A DNA stretch of 9,895 nucleotides, from the sequence record MF443784.1. One strand, 5' to 3'. Shown one piece after another: positions 5,810 to 9,895 of the stretch. A model generated the notes under the pieces. That model made no database searches, had not been told where the DNA came from, and saw only the letters and a program-made list of their open reading frames with translations. How positions within the stretch are numbered: position 1 is the stretch's first letter; every line of letters starts with the position of its first letter. Both the position numbers and the translations under genes were made by a program.

Positions 5810-6825
5810 TTAGAGGTCAGATACACAAACTCTCCAAGTGGGAGTTAAGGGACTACGCTAGGACACTAGTCCCCGTCTTTGAATCCCACGAGGTGGACGG
5901 CACTAGGGACATGAAAATCGTGGACGCCGTGATATCGTACGCCATGAAAGGGACGAAACCCTGGCTGAGGAGGGGGTCAGCCCTCCAGGGCTTTATAGGG
6001 CCTAGGATGTCTGTCCTCGAGGGTTACCTCATCTTCCCCACGTCAGGTATTGAGCCCGTGACCATCCAGTCCACTACCCTAGAGAACTCCTACCTAGTCC
6101 TAGATATCGTGGGGGCAGGTGGAGGAGGTGGTGGTGGAGGTGGTGGGAACACCACGGCCACTACCCCGTTCGCCCAGGGTGGTGGAGGTGGGGGAGACGG
6201 TGGCCGTCTCATTATCAGGACCCAGGGGCCACTAGTCTCTGGGACCCAGTTCACAGCCCAACTGGGAGGGCCAGGTGGGACAGGTGGAGGGACAGGTGCC
6301 ACAGGGACACCAGGTTCAGCACCAAACGGGGCGACTCAGGTAGTCCTAGGGAACGGCACACTCACGCTCAGTGTGTCAGGTGCGTCAGCCCCTACCATGC
6401 CCCCGACAGCAGGAGGACAGGAGGCAGGAGGGTCAGGAGGTGCAGGAGGGTCAGCAGTGTTCACGTACTTGCCAACGACGCCCATATTCTCGGCCATACA
6501 GTTGAACCCAAGGACGTCCTTCCTCTCGAATTACTCGGGCGTACTGGACCAGGGTATTGGTGGAGACGGCGTTGGGTCTGAGTACTTCACCCTGTCCAAC
6601 GCCACGCCTATATTCGTCTCGACGCCACAAGGAACGAGGGTCACTGGGGGAAGCCCAGGGGGCACAGGCACCTCAGCCACGGCGAACGTCCCCTCTGGGG
6701 CAATCCCGCTCAGGGGGTCAGGTGCAGGAGGAGGAGGGGGACAGAACTCCTCTTCCGCCCCAACAGCGGGAGGGAACGGCGGGTCTGGAGGGCCTGGACC
6801 TATCATTATCTTGGTGATAGGATGA
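5806..6825 (+). CDS. Glycine-rich virion protein (339 aa), probable turret or adhesin
   Basis: GGTGA SD before the TTG (TTGA overlap). DIVGAGGGGGGGGGG...GGGGGGDGG...GAGGGGG...GGNGGSGGPGPIIILV pattern like the glycine-rich domains of phage structural proteins. Several NxS/T sequons. Confidence 0.85.
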   Translation: MIRGQIHKLSKWELRDYARTLVPVFESHEVDGTRDMKIVDAVISYAMKGTKPWLRRGSALQGFIGPRMSVLEGYLIFPTSGIEPVTIQSTTLENSYLVLDIVGAGGGGGGGGGGNTTATTPFAQGGGGGGDGGRLIIRTQGPLVSGTQFTAQLGGPGGTGGGTGATGTPGSAPNGATQVVLGNGTLTLSVSGASAPTMPPTAGGQEAGGSGGAGGSAVFTYLPTTPIFSAIQLNPRTSFLSNYSGVLDQGIGGDGVGSEYFTLSNATPIFVSTPQGTRVTGGSPGGTGTSATANVPSGAIPLRGSGAGGGGGQNSSSAPTAGGNGGSGGPGPIIILVIG

Positions 6826-7040
6826 CAGACTTGGTCACCGTGGCAGTGTTAGGGGTACAGACGGCCGTTTTCATCTACGCTAGTGCCAAACTGAGGAAGA
6901 TGAGCGAGATGGCCGACAAGTTGGCGTCAGCCCTGTCCAACATAGCAAAGGAGATAGAGACGGCGTCCATGGACATGAAAAGCATACAAAGGGAGATGAC
7001 AGAACTGGAAGACTTAATTCGGACAGCACTGAGGGAATAG
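6822..7040 (+). CDS. Small membrane protein with a coiled coil (72 aa)
   Basis: ATGA overlap and GGTGA SD. N-terminal hydrophobic helix followed by heptads. Confidence 0.8.
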   Translation: MTDLVTVAVLGVQTAVFIYASAKLRKMSEMADKLASALSNIAKEIETASMDMKSIQREMTELEDLIRTALRE

Positions 7041-7042
7041 GT

Positions 7043-7453
7043 ATGAGCTGTCAGACATGTGGTCAGCAGGGCGTGTGTTACGTCCTGGAACACGTGGGTA
7101 CTGAGCCCATCTATATAAACGGGCAACAGTACGGCCAGGGCGACTTTTGTTTCTCCTCCCCTGAGCTCACGATAGAATACCAGGGCGTACAGTACCAGAT
7201 CGACATGTCCTACGCCCCCACAGTGCAGAACATATACGGGTGTTGTCCCTCAGGTACCACAGCCAAACTCACGACGGTGACTACGATACAGGGACAGAAC
7301 ACTCCCATATTCGTCCCGTATGCCGTCCTAGTGTCTCAAGGTACCACGTCCACTAGTAGTACCACGCCTAGTGTCCTAAGTAAGGTACCGTGGTGGCTCA
7401 TCATACTACTCGTCATACTGGGGGCTATACTCCTAGGAGGAGGAAACCCATGA
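7043..7453 (+). CDS. Cys-rich, C-terminally anchored virion protein (136 aa)
   Basis: N-terminal CQTC, six Cys in total, Thr/Ser linker, then WWLIILLVILGAILL. Confidence 0.85.
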   Translation: MSCQTCGQQGVCYVLEHVGTEPIYINGQQYGQGDFCFSSPELTIEYQGVQYQIDMSYAPTVQNIYGCCPSGTTAKLTTVTTIQGQNTPIFVPYAVLVSQGTTSTSSTTPSVLSKVPWWLIILLVILGAILLGGGNP

Positions 7454-8556
7454 ATTACACTTGGTACGTGCAGAACCAAGACCCCTCGACGATCCAGTTC
7501 TGTGTCATGCAGTCTGGAGGGTATAACAACTGCACCTCAATACCAGGGAACAGCACAGAGCCGTTCACGATACCAGACATGGACGTGCAGATATATGGCA
7601 CCCCCACGGGGTACTACGTGTACTACTCTAGCGTTGGGGTGAAGACTAGTACCAAGTCCCTCCCGTCATCAGGATCAACGATCACGGTGCCCCCATACAC
7701 GGGATGTGACCCCCTACTCACGCAAGGACAGGGGTACCCCCCACTCGTGCCGTGTTCGTCCCCGTTGATCTTCCTGAAGAGCGAGAGCACCCCTGCCATG
7801 TTTATCGAGAACTGGGGGGCAGAGACGTCAGGGTTTTCATACGGGTACGGGATAGCGGGGAGCCAATTGGCCATAGCGACAGGGCCAAACTGGGTATACT
7901 ACCGACAGTACCCCCAGGCACAGGTATACCTTATCGGAAACTGGAAGGTGGTGAACGGAAACTACGTAGACATGGACTCGGGGAAAACGTTCTGTGGGTG
8001 CCAGGGGAAGAGCGTGTACGTCATACCCACGTCTGACCTACCTGGGCCGTCCTCAGGGACTACGTCCACAGGGACTAGTACCACGGGGACTTCCACGAGT
8101 ACAACAGGGACTCCCACAGGGACGTCCACTCAGCAGACGACACAGCCCACGACAGGTATCCTGAACGTGGCTAACCAGTGTTCGACGGGGGTAGTCGTGT
8201 ACGCGGGAGGGAAAACGGCATACGCACCCCCATACCATTCCATCAGCCTAGAAGTACCCATCCCCACGGGGTATACGCTTATTAGCCAGGGTCAGACAGT
8301 TGGTAAGGGGACGGTGTACCAGAGCGGGGAGTACGTGTCCCCAAGTTCTTGTCCCTCTGTTAGCCCTACACCCAGCCCTACCCCGACACCGTCCCCAACT
8401 GGGGGACAGACCACTTCCACGACTACGACTACCACGACTACCCAGACCACTTCAACACAGACTACCCAGAACACACAGCCCCCAACGACGCCTAGCATGT
8501 CGTGGGGTCTTATCCTACTCTTGGTAATCCTGGGGGCACTAGCCCTCTCAAGTTAA
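7450..8556 (+). CDS. Thr/Pro-rich, C-terminally anchored spike or receptor-binding candidate (368 aa)
   Basis: ATG 7450 (ATGA overlap, GGAGGAGG SD) is preferred to 7390. Beta-rich Cys-containing domains are separated by T/S/P linkers; NxS/T sequons; C-terminal TM WGLILLLVILGALAL. Confidence 0.85.
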   Translation: MNYTWYVQNQDPSTIQFCVMQSGGYNNCTSIPGNSTEPFTIPDMDVQIYGTPTGYYVYYSSVGVKTSTKSLPSSGSTITVPPYTGCDPLLTQGQGYPPLVPCSSPLIFLKSESTPAMFIENWGAETSGFSYGYGIAGSQLAIATGPNWVYYRQYPQAQVYLIGNWKVVNGNYVDMDSGKTFCGCQGKSVYVIPTSDLPGPSSGTTSTGTSTTGTSTSTTGTPTGTSTQQTTQPTTGILNVANQCSTGVVVYAGGKTAYAPPYHSISLEVPIPTGYTLISQGQTVGKGTVYQSGEYVSPSSCPSVSPTPSPTPTPSPTGGQTTSTTTTTTTTQTTSTQTTQNTQPPTTPSMSWGLILLLVILGALALSS

Positions 8557-8558
8557 GC

Positions 8559-8564
8559 TTTTTT
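8559..8564 (+). terminator. Archaeal oligo-T terminator
   Basis: T6 two nt after the stop of the last gene of the large structural operon. Confidence 0.6.
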
Positions 8565-8680
8565 AGTCCAGGTCTCCCATTATACCTGAGCGGTGCGAGG
8601 TGGATGTGACGGGAGGCTCTGGGAATGTCCGAGAGACGGAGGCGTACCCGTCCTCCACTGCACCGCACTAGGTGAGTCAC

Positions 8681-8911
8681 ATGAGCCAAGTCCCAAAGAA
8701 GAGACTCGGGGCAAGGGTCATCAGAGCGGTTTTCAACGGGGTCTCCTTAGGCATCCTAGGAGGGGCAGGAGTGTACGTCCTAGCCCAGGGGGTGAACACG
8801 TTATCAGGCACCACTACTTTGAACCCTACGGCGTTTCTCCTGTTGGTCTTGGGGGCGTCCATCACGGCCAGTGTGGGGATAGAACTCTCCAAGGACCTAA
8901 GCGGTGAGTAG
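8681..8911 (+). CDS. Small two-helix membrane protein (76 aa; 79 aa from GTG 8672)
   Basis: GGTGA SD at 8671-8675 before ATG 8681. Basic N-terminus (PKKR), then two hydrophobic helices joined by a VNTLSGTTT turn. Confidence 0.8.
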   Translation: MSQVPKKRLGARVIRAVFNGVSLGILGGAGVYVLAQGVNTLSGTTTLNPTAFLLLVLGASITASVGIELSKDLSGE

Positions 8912-8959
8912 TCTCAGTCAAGTCTCCTTTATTTTACCCCCTGAACCAATAGACCCAAA

Positions 8960-9199
8960 ATGGATGTCCAAACCCAACTCAAAGAATGGATTTCCCTGTT
9001 GGACGACAGGCTGTCGTCCATAGAAATGAGCCTCAAGTCCCTCCAAAAGAGACTTGAGCAGGCAGAAAAGCGACAAGAAGAACTTGAGGAGGCGTTCGAC
9101 CAGCTGAAAGAAGAAATAGACGACTGTGTGGCTGACACGACCTACCTCCACGACGTACTGGAGGAGGTCCAAGACGACATAGACGACCTAAGGAAGTGA
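8960..9199 (+). CDS. Acidic coiled-coil protein (79 aa)
   Basis: Continuous heptads (LDDRLSSIEMSLKSLQKRLEQAEKRQEELEEAFDQL); GTGA overlap with the next gene. Confidence 0.85.
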   Translation: MDVQTQLKEWISLLDDRLSSIEMSLKSLQKRLEQAEKRQEELEEAFDQLKEEIDDCVADTTYLHDVLEEVQDDIDDLRK

Positions 9200-9417
9200 G
9201 CCCCGTGGAGTTCGTATACAAGATCAACGACGACACGGTCACAGTGTGGGTCACTGACGAGAAGACGGGGAAGAAAGTGGCGTCCCTACAAATGCCGAAG
9301 AAGGACGTGGACTACGTCGCGAGACGTGCAATACAAGAACTCGACATAGCCCCAGATGAGGCATACGACTTAGCGGTCTACTTCACCTACGTTAAGGTCA
9401 CCTGGGGCCTCCTCTGA
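9196..9417 (+). CDS. Hypothetical protein (73 aa)
   Basis: GTGA-coupled start, protein-like beta-beta-beta-alpha-alpha pattern, followed by a T6 tract. Confidence 0.75.
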   Translation: MSPVEFVYKINDDTVTVWVTDEKTGKKVASLQMPKKDVDYVARRAIQELDIAPDEAYDLAVYFTYVKVTWGLL

Positions 9418-9422
9418 ACCTC

Positions 9423-9428
9423 TTTTTT
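9423..9428 (+). terminator. Oligo-T terminator, followed by a 7-bp hairpin (9443-9460)
   Basis: T6 five nt after the last stop; CCTGACC-CTAC-GGTCAGG downstream. Confidence 0.55.
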
Positions 9429-9527
9429 CTCTCGTACTTACCCCTGACCCTACGGTCAGGCTCTACTTCTCTCACGAACCTGACTCCCCCATCCTCATCA
9501 AACATATGATTTATTTCACAGCAGGGC

Positions 9528-9537
9528 TTTATATAAA
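9528..9537. promoter_or_regulatory. Palindromic TATA-like element TTTATATAAA at the inner edge of the right ITR
   Basis: Self-complementary AT box 3 nt before the ITR; there is no equivalent next to the left ITR. Confidence 0.4.
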
Positions 9538-9540
9538 TTG

Positions 9541-9895
9541 CGGAAGGTCGTGATGGGGGGGTTAAAAAGGATTTTGCCATGTTGGAGAGAAACGTTGGGT
9601 TTTCCATAATACCCGAAACTACTCGTCAAACCCGCCCTAACACGAATTGCCTCACTTTGACGGGTATTACACTCATTTCCCTAAAACCCATTTTTTGCAC
9701 GCGTGTGAAACAACTATATAAGCTTTCGTGGTCTGAACGTTTATTAACCCCGCCCGTTAGCCCGACGTTGGTCAGTTGCGTGTAGTTGCGTGAATTTGTG
9801 ATGAAAGGATGGGGGGGTTTTTAAATAGGGGAGTTGAAGGTCGCCCTTATGGTCCGCACGTGGGGTTTGCCGTGGTCCGAGTTGGGGGGGGGGGG
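9541..9895 (-). repeat. Right inverted terminal repeat (355 bp), ending in G12
   Basis: Reverse complement of 1-354; differs only by one extra terminal G. Confidence 0.98.

Larger units (their letters stand above)
1..9895. mobile_element. Complete linear dsDNA archaeal virus genome, likely Metallosphaera turreted icosahedral virus (MTIV) or a close relative
   Basis: Both window ends are ITRs with terminal homopolymers. ~21 compact co-oriented ORFs, archaeal SD/TATA/T-tract signals and virion-like genes; no host housekeeping genes. The 9.8-9.9 kb linear genome, large ITRs and 21 ORFs match my recollection of MTIV; not verified by search. Confidence 0.75.

Noticed and set aside
6111-6200. G-rich DNA as a functional G-quadruplex
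   Set aside because: Fully explained by poly-Gly codons, mostly GGT/GGA, which break up the G runs.
7390-7449. Upstream extension of the 388-aa ORF
   Set aside because: It overlaps the TM-coding end of the previous gene; ATG 7450 has an SD and an ATGA overlap.
8593-8907. 104-aa alternative frame over the two-helix membrane gene
   Set aside because: Most of it overlaps a clearly protein-like ORF in another frame and has an atypical G/R/H/P composition.
599-9254. All minus-strand ORFs and nested plus-strand alternative frames in the ORF track (e.g. 2694-3050, 3841-4026, 5512-5793, 6090-6302, 6531-6806, 7752-8036)
   Set aside because: They are shadows of better-supported coupled genes, have biased compositions (poly-Pro or poly-Val mirrors) and lack SD or operon context.
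1-9895. Transposon or casposon/Polinton interpretation of the terminal inverted repeats
   Set aside because: No transposase, Cas1, integrase or pPolB, and no flanking host DNA or target-site duplication; gene content is virion-like.

Overview
The window looks like the complete ~9.9 kb linear dsDNA genome of a small virus. It has 354/355-bp inverted terminal repeats (ITRs) ending in C11/G12 homopolymers. About 21 short, tightly coupled ORFs all lie on the + strand, with archaeal-type signals (GGTGA/GAGGTGA Shine-Dalgarno motifs, leaderless first genes, TATA boxes, T6 terminators). Size, ITRs and ORF count match my recollection of Metallosphaera turreted icosahedral virus (MTIV, Sulfolobales host); this is recalled, not database-verified. 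The left arm encodes putative replication/regulation proteins: a possible OB-fold SSB, a minimal AEP primase-like protein and a C2H2 zinc finger. The centre and right encode a virion module: a basic nucleoprotein candidate, a single jelly-roll capsid candidate, membrane-anchored Cys-containing proteins, a glycine-rich protein and a Thr/Pro-rich spike. The main leads are (1) a miniaturised Erv1/Alr-like sulfhydryl oxidase directly upstream of Cys-rich, signal-peptide-less, tail-anchored virion proteins, suggesting a viral cytoplasmic disulfide pathway, and (2) a ~109-aa AEP-like catalytic core in a genome with no recognisable polymerase, helicase or packaging ATPase.
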